This document shows positions 1 through 15,100 of a stretch of 64,000 nt of DNA, in pieces. The translations under genes were made by a program, and so were the position numbers. This stretch comes from Bugula neritina (Eukaryota; Animalia; Bryozoa), in NCBI GenBank assembly GCA_964035545.1, contig OZ037767.1, positions 2,367,680 through 2,431,679 on the forward strand. Reading direction: 5' to 3'. How positions within the stretch are numbered: the stretch's first letter is position 1; every line of letters begins with the position of its first letter. The notes under the pieces are model-generated. The model ran no database searches. It had not been told where the DNA came from and worked only from the letters and a program-made list of their open reading frames with translations.

Positions 1-178
1 GTGGTTAATTAGCCCAATGTGTGTTATATTAGAATCATTCAGTAGCCCATAGCTATAATTTTACATATACTAGTAGTTGTCCCCTCTGTGTAATTAGACT
101 ATATTATTCCAAGTGAGTCACCGCATAATGTATCACCTAATAAGGTTTATATTCATACTAATGTCTGCCTGTCTCTAG

Positions 179-3100
179 GAATTCAAACGGTGCTGGCAAA
201 GCTGGGCTGTGATGCCGACTGTTTGGAATACACAGAAGATTCTAGAATATTTGCCACTAGACTGACCAGCAAAGCTGCTGTTTTCTCTAGATTACCACTG
301 AGGTCAGTGTTAACTGCAGTAAATGTTCTAGTTGACAGGGTTTAACTTCTATACAATTAAAATCTAATTGGTGAAGCTCTTATGTGTGTGAGAGAATAAA
401 AAGAGAGAACCAGCTACAGTGATGGTTTTTAAAGTAGAGCTATTTTAGTAAACTATATACTACTCTAGACATGACATGGGCCTGTAGATATTAAGAAGTG
501 TATTTATAGGACATTTTCAACCTGCCTACCATTTTGTTACCCATGCTGTCTCCATTCAGTTATAATTTTGTTAAATTTTGGTTATAATAATAATAATAGT
601 GTCACATAGTCACTGGAGTATTGTTGTTGTGTCAGAAAAAAAATTTCTATTGTATTTTTCTATAAAAATAACTAAAACTATTTGGTAAAAATAATATATA
701 TATTTAATATGTTTATACTGTTTACACTTTATATTCGTTGTCAGACTAGACTTCAATGCATTGAGCTCTATAGTGAAGAGTCAGGGTGCCACAATCCTCT
801 ACTACAGTTTTCTTCCCAACTCACTCTTGATTTGGCTGCTTAGTCCTGAAAAAGGTCTTCACAGGTAAAATATTTATACTATATGATCTATATAAGCAGC
901 AGGGTGTGAGAGTATGTGAATTATTTGTAATAGACTGAGTACCATACAATATTATGTGGTTGTTTCTAGGTTTTATGTTAAAAAGCCACAAAAGCTGACA
1001 GGCAGTGTAGAGGCAGAACTGAAGGCTTTACTAGATCCATGGCTGTGCAGTCTGGAGAAAGAGTACAGTAAGAGTGTGTACCGGTGTGAGCAGAGGTTTG
1101 TCCAGGTGTGTCATCACTTTTATTACCTGTATTTCTGCAGCAAGAGAGCATTTGTTAGATTATAATAAAGGTTGCTTTGTTGATATAGGTCAATAGTTCA
1201 CAGTTCTGTTCCTTAGCCTCAGCACCTGCGTTTGCAACTGCTTGTACATTATATTCTTCAGAGGAAATTGGAAGAGCAGGAGTCGTCTGCTCTCCTAGAG
1301 AAACGTCTCAAGTCAAGTATTCTAAAACGAGGCTCCAGTTGGTCCACAGCTGAAAGGAAAAATCTGGTGAATTCACAGACACTGGACGGAGAGAGCGATG
1401 AGTCATCAGCTGCTCTCAATACGTGAGATTTGCTTCCTTTTGTTTCAAGTTGCACTAGTGTTTGTCAAATAGATGTTAAATGTTGCCCCAGTTTTCATTA
1501 ATTGTAGCCTCAGTTTTGCAAACAAGTTAGAAAATCTACAACAAATAACCAATCATTGAATTCGCAGAATCGAAACTGTCATGTACAGAATTGGTTGAAA
1601 AGCTGCTCTAACTGTAATTTATCATGTTAAATATGTAATTATGAAGTACAAGTTTTTTGTATCAATTATCACTAAGAAACAACTTTTTCAAGGTACACTA
1701 AAATAAGTTTAGATTTGTTTGGAGCTGAGTATATTTGCTATTAGATTTCCTTGTTTTCCTGTACATGGCTACGTGTGGAACTTTTCAACAGCCGGGTTTG
1801 TAATAGGAAACAGTGTAGCTTGTAAGTTGCTCCGTAATCTGGAAAAGGTAGCAGACATTTGAGATGATCCTCTAAAGTCTAATATAATAAACTATTGTAG
1901 AGAAGACGATTCCCAGAGTCAGATAGAAAGGAAGTTATACAAGTTTCTAGTGAGTCCAGTTGATGACATTCTCTCAAAGGTCGTAAAGAAGGGTAACCTT
2001 ATTATCATCCCAGACAAGGTGATAGGTCAAGTGCCCTTCAGTCAAATCAGAGATCTGAAAGGAAAGCATCTTGGGGATAGATTCAACATAACCTATCTCT
2101 CAGGATTGTTTGCTCTGAAGTTGGTAAGATGGTTGTACATATCTACATTGGTTGATATTACTTTCACGTTTTGGAGTGAATTGTATGGCTATGCCAGGCT
2201 GCATAAAGGGGTTTTTAATTTACAGTCCATAATTTAAAAAAAACAGTTTACTGCATAATTTTAAGCAGAAAATTTTTTTTCTGATATAAAAAGCTTTCCA
2301 ATAATGCCTAATCAACATTTATAAGCTTATAAGACTTCTCTGTGTATTATTGACTGATAAGAAAAAACTTGGAATTCAAGCTTTTTAATAAAATTTAACA
2401 AATAGTTTTTGTTTTTGAAGTACCTTGACTTTAATATGCATTTACCTGCAACATTTTCATGCTTTATAACACAAAAAAAATTAGGTTCCACCGAGATTTG
2501 AACTCGGATCGCTGGATTCAAAGTCCAGAGTGCTAACCATTACACCATGGAACCCTTGCTGACAGTCAAACTTGGCTGCACAAAAACATAAAATCTTATT
2601 TCTTGTAGTTCTATTTATGGTAATTGGATATTTTCCAGATAAAGGTCTTGCCCTGTTGGCAACTGCCAGGTTTGTGATATATTAGAGAGGTTACAGTCCT
2701 GGCTGTTACCATGGTAAAGAGTATTATGTCTTTGATATTGATTAATGGACTTTTGGATTAGTATTAATTTAGTTATGTGAAATGCTTTATCTTACACGTT
2801 CAGTCTTATTCAATTTTTATATATCAAATTAAAATTTTGGTTTAGTATATTCCTTGCAAGACTTGGCTAACTGAATAAAATTGTTGATATGATGCTAGAT
2901 ATAATTGTCATTGTGGATTATTTAGGCTAGTTTAGCAAAACATAGCAAACAATGCATTATCTCCGGGGTTAGCACCATCAGTAATGTAGGTAAAAGAGTA
3001 ATGAACACCTTGGGATATAGAACACAGTCTAAGCTTACTAATTAATTAATGCCAGAAGGATAGATAAGTGAGTATTTGGTATTAAATCTCACATAATTAT

Positions 3101-6100
3101 TCACAGACTAACACACCCACTGTGAATCTGTCAGAGATATAAATTATGGTTGAATTACAGGTAGCTGAAAGTAATTCATCTCGCCAGTCTGACAATTCTC
3201 TAGGTCAGCAAGGGTTCCATGGTGTAATGGTTAGCACTCTGGACTTTGAATCCAGCGATCCGAGTTCAAATCTCGGTGGAACCTAATCTTTTATTTTTTT
3301 GACGATTGTTTTTGAAAAAGAATAAAAAAACCTTATTTTCACAAACTGTTCATTTTTACTCTTTTTCAAGGGTTACCAGTTTTATTATTTGTACTAAAAT
3401 TATCAACGCTAACATTTCTAAAAAAAATATTTATGCAATGAAAGAAAAAGTCAATTGCCCAACTGTTTGATACCTATACATGGAATTGTTAAATTATCAA
3501 TTTATGAAATATTTGAAGAAGTATAGAACAGTATAGAAATGTGTTTCTAAAGATGAAATATTTCAAAGTGAAACTAATTATTTATGACAGCTATCCATCA
3601 ATGTCAAACGAGACACATGAAACAACTGCACTCCCCACACCTTAATTTATTACAATATTTTACAAAAGGGGCAACACCTATACCTGAAATTCTTAAATTA
3701 CCATAAATTATGCAGAAGATGATACATCCTCGTATTCTCAACTTGAAACTTTTACCTGTCAGCAAGGGTTCCATGGTGTAATGGTTAGCACTCTGGACTT
3801 TGAATCCAGCGATCCGAGTTCAAATCTCGGTGGAACCTAATCTTTTATTTTTTTCAACCAAATTGTTTGGAAAAATAATATAAAAGCCCTGTTTTATTAA
3901 CTGTTCATTTCTTACTCTTATCTATGGTTACCAATTTCAATATTTATACTAAACTTATCAACGTCAACATTTCTAAAGAATTAAATTTACTGAATTGCAT
4001 GACTGTTTGATGCGAGAGTTTCTGGAAGCAGCACGGAGTTCGTGGTCAGTGAGTGCACTGGTTGGGGGGTCTCAGTTTTGTGTTGGGGCTTTGGAGTTCG
4101 TACACAATCTCTGTACAAGTTTTACAGTCAGTCACCCCCAACTAGGTGCTGCTTCTAGCAATATATTCCTTAGATACATATGCATAGAATTCTTAAATTA
4201 CCATAAATTATACGCAGGTAATAAATTTTCTTGTTCTCAGCTTGCAACTTTTACCACTCAGCAAGGGTTCCATGGTGTAATGGTTAGCACTCTGGACTTT
4301 GAATCCAGCGATCCGAGTTCAAATCTCGGTGGAACCTAAACTTTTAGCTCTGCCAGCCAGAAACTGGAAATCTCTTTTTGTCTTACAAAACAACCAGGTC
4401 TTTCATCACCTTAGATTATTTCTAACCAGTTGTTTTGTTGTAAGCAAAACTTTAAAAATGTTAAATTTTTATTGAGCGCTGTCTGAATCTCAACCTGCAA
4501 CCCGCAGTCAGCGTGGTTCCATGGTGTAATGTTAGCACTCTCCATTCTGATTCCAGCGTACATCTCTCAAGTATGCACCTGATGCTGGGAAATCTACTTG
4601 GGGAATATACTGAATAAAATACAGAGTCAGCTTTTCTGTGTGATTATGTAACTGCTCTTGTCTAGCCTGAATATTGAGTGTGTTTTTATCATGAGTTTCA
4701 CCATTATTGAGTCATGTTATCTTGCGACTTACATCATCATTACTCAATTGTGTTATTATATTATCATATTATATTACTAAATCATATTATGATATTATAT
4801 GGTATTATATTATATTGAAACATATTATATAATCATATTATCTTGCTAAGTCATATTATTATTTTATAATATATTATACCATGATATTATATCACTGAAT
4901 CATATTATCTATCGAAGGTGTCAGAAAACCAAGTGAAAAATCTGCAACTTGAAGATGAGGTGAATTTTCTGCGATCCCAATCAAGTCTCGGAGGGTATTA
5001 CAGATACCTTCATGCTTCAGGTAACTTCTTAGACTTAGAGAGCCAAGGCTAAACTTACTAGACTTGTAGAATCAATGCTTAGTTAGATATACAGAAAGAC
5101 CTGAGGCTATAGTTGATAGATTTAAAACTAATGCTTCTAACTTATTAGTTATTTCATGATTTGGGATTGAAGTGTAGAAACGCATTTTGAGCTGCCTCCG
5201 TGTTGTAGAAATACAGTATTGTGACGATGGCGAAGCAGCTGCTAGCTCTACTAAAGATCGAAGGAAAATGGCGAACCCGCGTTTAGACGTCATTCTAAGC
5301 TCTGAAGTCAGCAACAAATCTAAACTCAAGCAGCCCGAAGAGAACCTTGCAATAGGTGAGCATATCACTGTTGGCAGAATATCACCAAGCAAACTCTTGC
5401 ACAATCTGAGATAGTTTTTCGATCCACTCCTTTCAGCAAGGAGTGTATTCGGGTTCTACATTGGGGAGATGATATGCTGTCACTAGATTCAAAGTCCTGC
5501 AGCTCACAATTTATTCTCTAAATTTATTTGTAACTTTAGATAAAAAGAAACTATAACAGTAAATTTGAATATATTTTGTTACTTAGGGCTTAACAAAAGC
5601 TTAATGTTTGTACAGGGTAAATTTGTCTTTTATTCCACCTGTGTAGCTTTACACGAGAATTTACCTGCAGATAACACAGGAAAGATGGCCGGTGAGGAAG
5701 CGCATGTTATGGGGTGTCTCGTACAACTAACCACCAGTAATGAACCCGTGTCACAGAGTCATCCTCTCTTTCAAACTCAAAGCTCCTTCTACTCTATCGG
5801 CCGACCAATCTCTCCTCGTTGTAGAGGGAAAACCACAAAACTTAAGGTATGTTTATAAATATTGTGGATACAAAACTAGTTTATTCCTTGTTGTCGTGGT
5901 AACCTTCACCCGACATAATATAGTAAACTGATAATTTTGTCCCTGCGCTTGTGTATAGTAGAGAATTTTCTTCTAGTTTTTTAAACTTATAATAGCAGAC
6001 AAATTAAGTCTGCGTTGACTGTAAAATTATTTGCATTATTTTTTTAAATTTAGCTGTTTCTAGGTTTTTATTGAATTTTCTACTATTACTTAGTTATGAG

Positions 6101-9100
6101 AAATGCATTTAAAGTTTATTTTCATGAAATCAATTTTATCCCCTAAAACACTCGCAGCCAGAAATACCGCAACCATGCTATCACAGATCTGGGAAAAAAT
6201 GTGGCCAGCCACTTTCTGTGTGTAAACTGCTGAGAACAGAGAATCTCTCTACTCTTATCACCACGAGCTCAACTGGTAGGTTTAACACTGTCTGGTAACA
6301 CGCATAACAAATGGTTTTCTGGTAGATTTGCTCTCCCAATGTGTTCTTAAATTTAGAGGTAACTCAGGTTTTTATATTCAGTTTGGATTTATTTAAAACA
6401 AATTTTCTTATTGCATGAGCAGACAATTCTCTATGCCCTAATTATTTATTGTAGCTAGTGTCACATAAGCAACTGCGTGTTTACCAAATGTTATGTTAGC
6501 ATATGTAACACATGATATAAATTCAAACCTTCTAAAACCCAACTACATTGATAGCTTTGTTATTGTATAGGAACAGATGCCTTGACCTCCACAACAGACG
6601 TTCCTGAATATTGTCAAGTTAGCAACAAGGAAACATTTGTAGTGATGGGAAATCCTTGCTTAAGTTCCAGGTTAGTTTCTCTTTGGAAATATAATACGGG
6701 AGTAAGGGGGGGCAATCTACGTTCTCTCTGTTTGTTTGTGAAGTTATAGCTTTAGTTTATGTTTTTTTTCTGCAATGGAAAGCAACATACAAGAGCTGAG
6801 CTTGTTGGATTTTGTTGTATTTCAGTCAAATGTTTTTTGCTTCTTCTAGAATTTAATAATTAGACTGAGTTCTCTCTTTACCAGGATGATGTTAGGGGTG
6901 GCCCCTGTACCCGTCCCCGCTGCTCATGCAAGTAAATTGATGAAAGCCGAGCTAGAGGCAGTAAGCACTATTCTGGGGTGTGAGTACATATTTGATAAGC
7001 AAGCCACCAAAGAGAAGTTTCTGGAAGAAGCATCTAAAGCTACGGTTCTTCACATAGGTATGTGTATATTATGTAATATTCTCACAACTCTATACACCAC
7101 ATAGGTGTGTGTATATTAAGATAATCTTGGTTTCATTTGTCATGTCATCATACTATGTCGGTGTTTTATGAGGCTTTTGGGTTTTTATAACATACGAACT
7201 AAATCTGAAGTTATATTCTCAATATCACTGAAGTTTTTGAACAAGTGTGTAACAGAGGTAGGATAAGGGATTGTTCCATAGTCTATCTACGGGAGAATTT
7301 AGGACAATGCATATTTTTTTAAAAAATAAGGAGCTGTGTTGCATATCACATAGGGTAGATTTTTACTGAAAAAGTAAGTTAAGGAGTTTAATAAGTTAAT
7401 AGCTCCATATTGTAGTTCCATGTTTATTCACCTTCACAGTTTCTTGTCTCTTCTAGTTTCACAGGCTAATCTAAACGAAGGCTACATAGTGATGTCCTGC
7501 AGCAATGACAAGCTTATGGGAGAAGAGCCCATCTCAGAGAAGTACTACTTGGTAACAGTTGAGGACATCTCTAAGCTGAAAATGAAGGCTAAGCTAATTG
7601 TCATCAGTGGTGGCTGGGCTATAAGAAACTTGCGTGCGGAACAGGGGTCCCTCCACACCCTCCCCAACGCATTTATTCTAGCAGGTAGATACAAGTCTAT
7701 AGTTTTTCATTGTTCATGCATTCTCTTTATTTTCAAATATTTTTTTAATCATTTAGTCTTTCCTTTAAGTTTCTTTTTATTAATCCTAAGGTAATTGCTT
7801 CTCTTACTATAAACATGTAGCATCTGTACTTTTTTCACATTTGTAGGCGCCGAGTCTGTTTTAACATTACCCCACCCTCAATCTTCAGAAACATTCAGCT
7901 TGTTTCTAAGGCTATTCTACTCCATCTTCCAGCAAAGTTGTAACATCTGCCGGGCATTGAATGTGGCGACACGCAAAGTTGCCTCCCACTGGTAAATGTG
8001 ATGATGGAAATACTATTTAAAACATGTAAAATATTCCTGAAAATAATTTTCAGTTATCAACCAATACCAAAATCAAATACTAACTAAACGAGATACCGCT
8101 GATACTAGCTGAACTAGCTACTACTGGTGCTATTGTTGACAAAAACATTACATTTGTTTATGTAAAGAGAGTACATTGGGAGTTATCTTTCCCATTACGT
8201 AATTTTAGAAGAAAAGCTATGTTTAGTTTATCCAAATACTGTTTTAGCAATCTGCCACTGTTTCCTGCTTATCTCTATGGCAACAATGTGACAATCAGTA
8301 TCTGTGATATCAAGTCGGCCATGTTGGATCAGAATATTGATTCCGTGGAGGCGCAAGTTTCCAGTCAATATTCTATTCCGCCCCTGAATGAAGCCGCCCC
8401 TGCTACAGGTACTGTCCCAGTCTGGGCTAATTATCATTTCAATTTATTGTTTTTGTTAAGAATTCTTATGTTTAAAATATAAGCAAATGGGAAGAAAAAC
8501 TAGTCTAACCTAAATCACCTTATATAACATTATGAATTTAGCCTTATTCAACTGTAAACGAGAAATGACATCAGCTAAAATAAGCCGTCAATTACAAAGA
8601 GTTTCATTTAGGAGTTATCTTACCTACTCAAAGGTGGGAAATCTATTGAATATGTATCTATACAGGCAGAGCTCTACTCGCTGTGTATGCTACTACATTT
8701 CTCGTTGAGAAAAAAACTCCAATTTCAAATCATTTCACAGTACCCTGTATTATATATTTATATATTTTAGTGAAACTTTTGATAGTTTAATTCTGGGTAA
8801 ATAATGGATATGAAGAAAGTATTTTCACACAGCAATACGTTGTCAGTTATAGTCAAACTCATGTTTGGTCTCTTCATGCAGCACAGTGTCCATGTTGATG
8901 CATCGTGACGCTTTCAGTGTTTTCTGCATATTTTCACTATACTTGTGATTATGTGATTATATATATTATATAATTTATATATAATGTATATTTTATGATT
9001 ATATAATATATTATATATACATGTATTTATATCATATGATTCACTTTTCATTTTCTATATGTCTATACTTTATATGATCTCAGGACTAATTTTCGTATGT

Positions 9101-12100
9101 CCATGTATATCATATCTTATATAATATATGCTATTGTATAATATATATTTAATGTAATATATTATTTTATCATATAATATATATTGTTCTGTAATTTATA
9201 TTATATGAGATAGTATGTGATCGTATAATATATGTTTTTGTATAACATATATTATTATATACTGTATTTTATTGCATAATATATGTAATATAATATGTTG
9301 TTGTGTAAAATATAGTATAATGTTCTGTTAATGTGCAGTATATACTATATTATTGTATAACATACTAATCGTTCTAATAATGAATTTATATGTTGGTAAA
9401 CTGTAGTGCCTTCACTATCAGAGCAACTGACCGGCCTACAGAAATGTCTGAGTGACATGTGTACTCAGCAAGGTCAAGGGCAAGCTATCATTGAAAGTAC
9501 CTTACAATTGGTATGTTTGCCTACCATCCGCTGTGTTGAAATTCTAGTTACAAAGAGTTCAATAAAATCTCAAATCATCAACTCATACAAAATATTTCTA
9601 ATAGCATTTCTTTCTAAATTTATGCAGTGAATACTGAATAGTCTTCGTCTCAAATTTATTTACTCTCAGTCAAGTATTGTGTAAACTGTGTAGGAATAAT
9701 CTAACTTAATCTTCAGTGTTTAAAGTACTGACTCATCATGTATCAGCAGGTGACGTAAAGTATCAGATGGTGTGTGAAGGTGTCATAAGAGTCACTGCAA
9801 CACAAACTAATGATGTTTAGTCTTAGTTTTTATTCCATGTATATTCTCTTCGTACAAAATAACTGGCAATACACATATGATAGACATACATTCACATGTT
9901 ATGCTGCAGGTGAAAGACGCAATTACAGTAGTTGAGGAGAACATACTCCAAGTTCCCAACATGGTGGTGCTGCCGCGCTGCCTCATGGCCTACTCGCCCG
10001 CCATTGAACTCCTTAAAATACTCAAATTTGACTTTGAGCCCCGAGGGCTGACGCAGAAGATGTGTGAACCTGCCGTTCACTTCCCTAGCTGGGATCCCGA
10101 CGGCCTATTGAGGAGGGTGTCTTCAGCCCTCCAGTCTCTGCTCGGTCTGTATTCGCTGCTATCAGGTCTAATACAGAAAATAAAATCATTTTGTCAGAGA
10201 AATATCAAATTTGTGGTTCTTTTGTTAATTTTTTGACCTACTTTTCCTGTATAATTTGCTAATATTTTTTCCATGTAATTGTAACAAAATTTATAACACA
10301 ATTCCAATAACAATATTTATTATTTCTTTTTTATTTATGCTGTTAGCAAATATAAATATTCATATTTTACACTTTATAGATCTACGTAATTTTTCTTGTA
10401 ATATTATCTATTGTTATTTGATTTTATGATTTCTAGATATTGACTCGAAAGAAATTCTCACACTGATACAAGATATTCTTCCACTACCTCAAGATTTGAT
10501 CTCTAACTTCATTGACATGGTAAGACTCTACGCATCCAAATAGTTATTTTAAGACATGCTTGTAATGGTTACAGGCCGTGAGAAAGTTTAAATCTTTTAC
10601 TTTGGCAAGCAAAATAATAATTGTGTTTCATATATGTTGTATATGTTTTCTTATATTCAGCTTCATTCTTTTACAAAGACAAATTAAGCATATTTTAATT
10701 TTAACTGGGCTTCAAATTGTATAAAGAGCAAATCTATAAACCTATAGTTATATTATTAATAAACTTGTTCATATATTACACTGTTCACTGAGGGTAGCAA
10801 TGTGGGAGCTCAACTGAAAAGGGGAGGCAACTTCATAATTATATATATTTTGTTACAGTGTGTCTATTATTAGTATTTTCTGTTCTAGCTTAGCCTTACC
10901 CTCCACTCTACTGACCTTCAGTTTGAGACGGGTGACGATAGTTTATTGAAGCTCTGGGCAGACTTCAACTGCAGATCTCTACTAAGATGCGTTGGTTTCC
11001 GTCAAATAGGAAACATGATTCACTTCAACTCAACAAGAGAAAATCAGTGAGTGGATTTGGAGTTGTCATCTACATTATATTTTTACCTCCTGCGAAATTC
11101 CTTTTGCTTAAACACTTATATTTTATCATATTTTCAACAATGGTAGGCATTTTCAAATAATCTATGAAATTATTCTCACTATTGAGTGGTCTCATGTATG
11201 GTTTAAAATTATTTATGATTATTTTGATTCGTTTTGTTTTCATCTCAAATCTATGTGCTGTCAAAATTTGCTGCAATCAAGGTAATGTTTTCATCAGATC
11301 TGTATATGGTTTAGTAGACTGTATGAATTAATCGGTTACACTTAGTGTCAATTACTGTCTACACAGTTTTTATAGCATAAGTTAGTGAATATTACACCTC
11401 CAGCCATGGACTCAGTCACTCCCAGTTAGTAATTCTACCAGTCAATCACTCTACCAGCCAGTCAGTTGGCCAATCAACTAGTTAGTCTTCCAATCACTCT
11501 GTCTGTCTGTCTGCCTTTGACTCAGTCCAAATTGTATTTCACAGCATGGTTACTAGAACATTCTATCGAGTGCCTGTCATCTATAATTAACAATTAATTT
11601 CCCTTTCTTCTGTTATTAAAGCTTTAAACAGAAGCTATTGGCTTATAATGAGTCATTACTATAACTAATAACTCACAGAGTTGGAGGCTAATGGGCAATT
11701 CATTGGCTGTTGAAATTATAAATCTTGAGCTGCTTTTAAAATTAAATAAGTTTGCCATTTTGTTGAATTTTGTAGTCGTAGATTGCCATTGCCTTTAGCT
11801 ACTCCTATATGTGAAGTGAAGTTTCTGCTAGACTTCATTTAACATTGAATATCAGTATGAATACCATCATTATTATTTAATATTAGTAAATAAAGTAAAA
11901 AAATGAGAGTAAATAAAATAATAATAAAACCTTTAAAAAAGGCCTAATCACAGTATTTCAACACTGGCCTTATACCTGATTGGTCAGTGTAGTCACCTGA
12001 CAGAGCAGCACTCCCATACTAGTCTTTTATCTCACTCATTAGGCTGGGAGATTCCAATATCTAGTAGGAATCGTCTGCCTATTATTTTATCACTGATATA

Positions 12101-15100
12101 TTGTGTGTAATTATATCATTATACTATATTTAATAAGCTGTACGCATGAGGTATGTTGGTTGTGCTGTTTGAAGACTTCACAGCTTCACTATATCCCTTC
12201 TCTCCCCCTTCTCAGTCTTATACATGTCGGTTAAATTCTCTCACAGAGGGCAACAGCAAGTAGTTGCAGGTGTAATATTCCATGATGAATAATGCATTTT
12301 CTCATACTTGCCATCTGTTGTGTTTCCTTTCATTGCCGGTTTTATGTCAACTCTTCAAGTTTCAGATATTTTACTTCAAGTTTGTCTTTGGTTATGCTTT
12401 AATTTATTTCATGATTTATGGATAATGTTTATATATATTAGTATATTATATATATTCATATATATTATATATGCCATAATTCATATCATCTACTCATATG
12501 TAAAGTTGTGTCATTATTTTACTTTAAGCTAATGGGAGTCATAAAAACTAAATGAAATTGAATTTTAATTAATGTTGTGGAAGGTTTTGTTACTTAAGTT
12601 TGTAAGATAAAACAGGGGAGGTAATTCCCTAATGTGATAGTCTGAAAGGCCAACTAACTGTGTCCATAACTTTGAAGTATTACAAAACATGAAATATGCT
12701 GTTAACTTTACAGGCATGTCAGGTTGTTTTCTATTTAAAGTATCTGTTCCACATAGTGTTGGTTACAGCATGCTGTACCATTTATTGCAGGAGTATTTTA
12801 AAGCCTATTTTGAAACTTTTCATTAACATCTCGCTCTCTAAGCCAGACACATTGATCTCCAAGCTAGATGTCTCACTTCTCAGTCAAAACAAGCAGGTAG
12901 GTCTTTAGATGTTCTTGTAATGCTGTACTCTTTCTATCAGACCTGCCATATATTCTGTTACATTAGGAAGCATGACTCATGTTGGCAGATCTGTTACTAT
13001 AGAAGAAGAGTTGTCTTTTCATGAATAGTGAATTTCAACTTCCATAAAAGAAGCTTTTCATTTATTTTCAAATTTTGCAAAACTGATTTTATTATTGGTT
13101 TATTCAAAACAAATTTAAAATATTAAATGTTATATCCCATATTATATTTTAAATTATATATTATATTCTATATTATATTTAGTATTATATTCTATCTTGT
13201 ATTTCGTTTTATATTATATTGATGTTATGTTATATGTATAATAGTTTATTAGCTATTAATAGTTGTGTAAATAGAATAAAACCACATTAAGATTTGTAAG
13301 AATTTATTTATAACTTTTTTTCCAAAAAAAATGATGATTTTTCTCAGGATTCAAGTGATGAAAGAGAGTGTGAACAGCTGCCCACAATACTGCCTGTGTT
13401 ACTACCAAAAGATAAGGTGGGTTCTTAACTACTGAAGGAAATTGTAAATTCTATTATTTATATGTGAATCACACATCAACTGCCTTCCCCTTTGGTTCAA
13501 TGATCTAACTACTACATAAATATTGAATTAGTACTTTATGTATTCTATTATATTGGCTGTGATAAGTGTACAATGCAGTGTACTACTGGACTGGGCTAAA
13601 ATACTTCTATGTTGTGAGTGAAATGTTTCAACAAGGTCTTAGCTCAGGTGTATAGGATTAACTCACTCTTGGAACTGTCACCAGGACAATGTGAAATATT
13701 CCAAATATTTAGTTACTATTCACTGTGTTACAGTCCTTCCTATAAACTGAACAATTAAGCTGTGATCACCTGTATTTATATATAACATCTTATTTATATA
13801 TTATATTATCTATATCGTATATTAACTATATCTATTAATATTTTTCTGCGGTGTATAATTATTTTATTTCAAGCAGTTGCACTAAAAATAAAAAAGGGAG
13901 GAGAATTCTTTGTTTAACTTATAAAGATTTAGTTTAAGTATTTAAAAAATTTTGAAGATCAATAGATTTCTACAAAAAGCATAACTCTATACACATGACA
14001 TTGTGAATGAAACCAACATACGTTACAATACAGTACAGTACAGCTTTTAATTTTCTACGTTAATCATGTCAGCTTTACTGGGTGCTGAATATATATTTCT
14101 ATTTATAGCTTCTCAGACGGGTTCCTTGGGCGTCTGCAGTGGAAGACGTGGAGGAGATGGTAACAAAGAAGGCTCTGGCTTCCAAGTAAGTTGTAGAGTA
14201 AACCCTCACCCCGCTGCCGCTATTATTGCTGCTTCTAATGTCGCTGCCTCTACAGTTATAAACTGCTGTAAAATTGATTTTCATTTTAACAAGTAGAAGC
14301 AAACGGCTCTTTAACTTATTTACTGTATTTACATTTGGTATATGGTAATGATGCAATTAATTGTTTACTTATCGTTAAAAGAACTTTCACAACAAAGCCA
14401 CTTGATGTTGAATTTTTCTTCTGCAGTGGTTAGACATGACACAGACAATTAATCACAATAATGGACTCATGTCTTATGCTACTTCAACATTAATACATCT
14501 GTCCTACTCGCTGGGTTAACTGTTTCACTCACTGCCTTGTGGTTGATCACTATTCAATGCATATATGATGCTGTATCTCATATTCAAATATATCCATCAA
14601 TTGAATTTTTAATCGACCCACATAGCAAATTGTAGCAATTCAAATTGTAGTTTTGAATTTTTGTTTTTGTGAAAACATGCTGTTGGCCTTGACACATTAT
14701 CATGATAATATCTTTAATTACCAGACGTATGCACCATCTTTCAGGGTAGTTACAGTGAATTGTGTTGGGTTTATATCAGCTTCAGCTATCTTATTCTAAG
14801 TCAAAGTTGACTTTCTAGTTGCTGAGTGGATATAACAAAGCAAAGTTGGGGTAAAACATTATATTGGTTCAGCTTGCTTGAGGCTGCAGTAGACTAATGT
14901 GCACAAATTTTAAAATCTTTTTTTGCCCAAACTTTCTTTGGGTCAGTTTGACTGAAAAATCATAAATAAATTATAAATGTATTGAAGTACAAGTAGAGTG
15001 AAGGCTTAGAAACAAAACTTGACAATATTAGGCCTATGTGTCACTGGGAAATGCTTTCAACACTAATTTTCTAAAGTGATATTGGCAAACTGCACAAATT

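Noticed and set aside
3995-4339. 114-aa ORF (and 2327-2521)
   Set aside because: Runs through a small insertion element and a tRNA gene; no coding signature.
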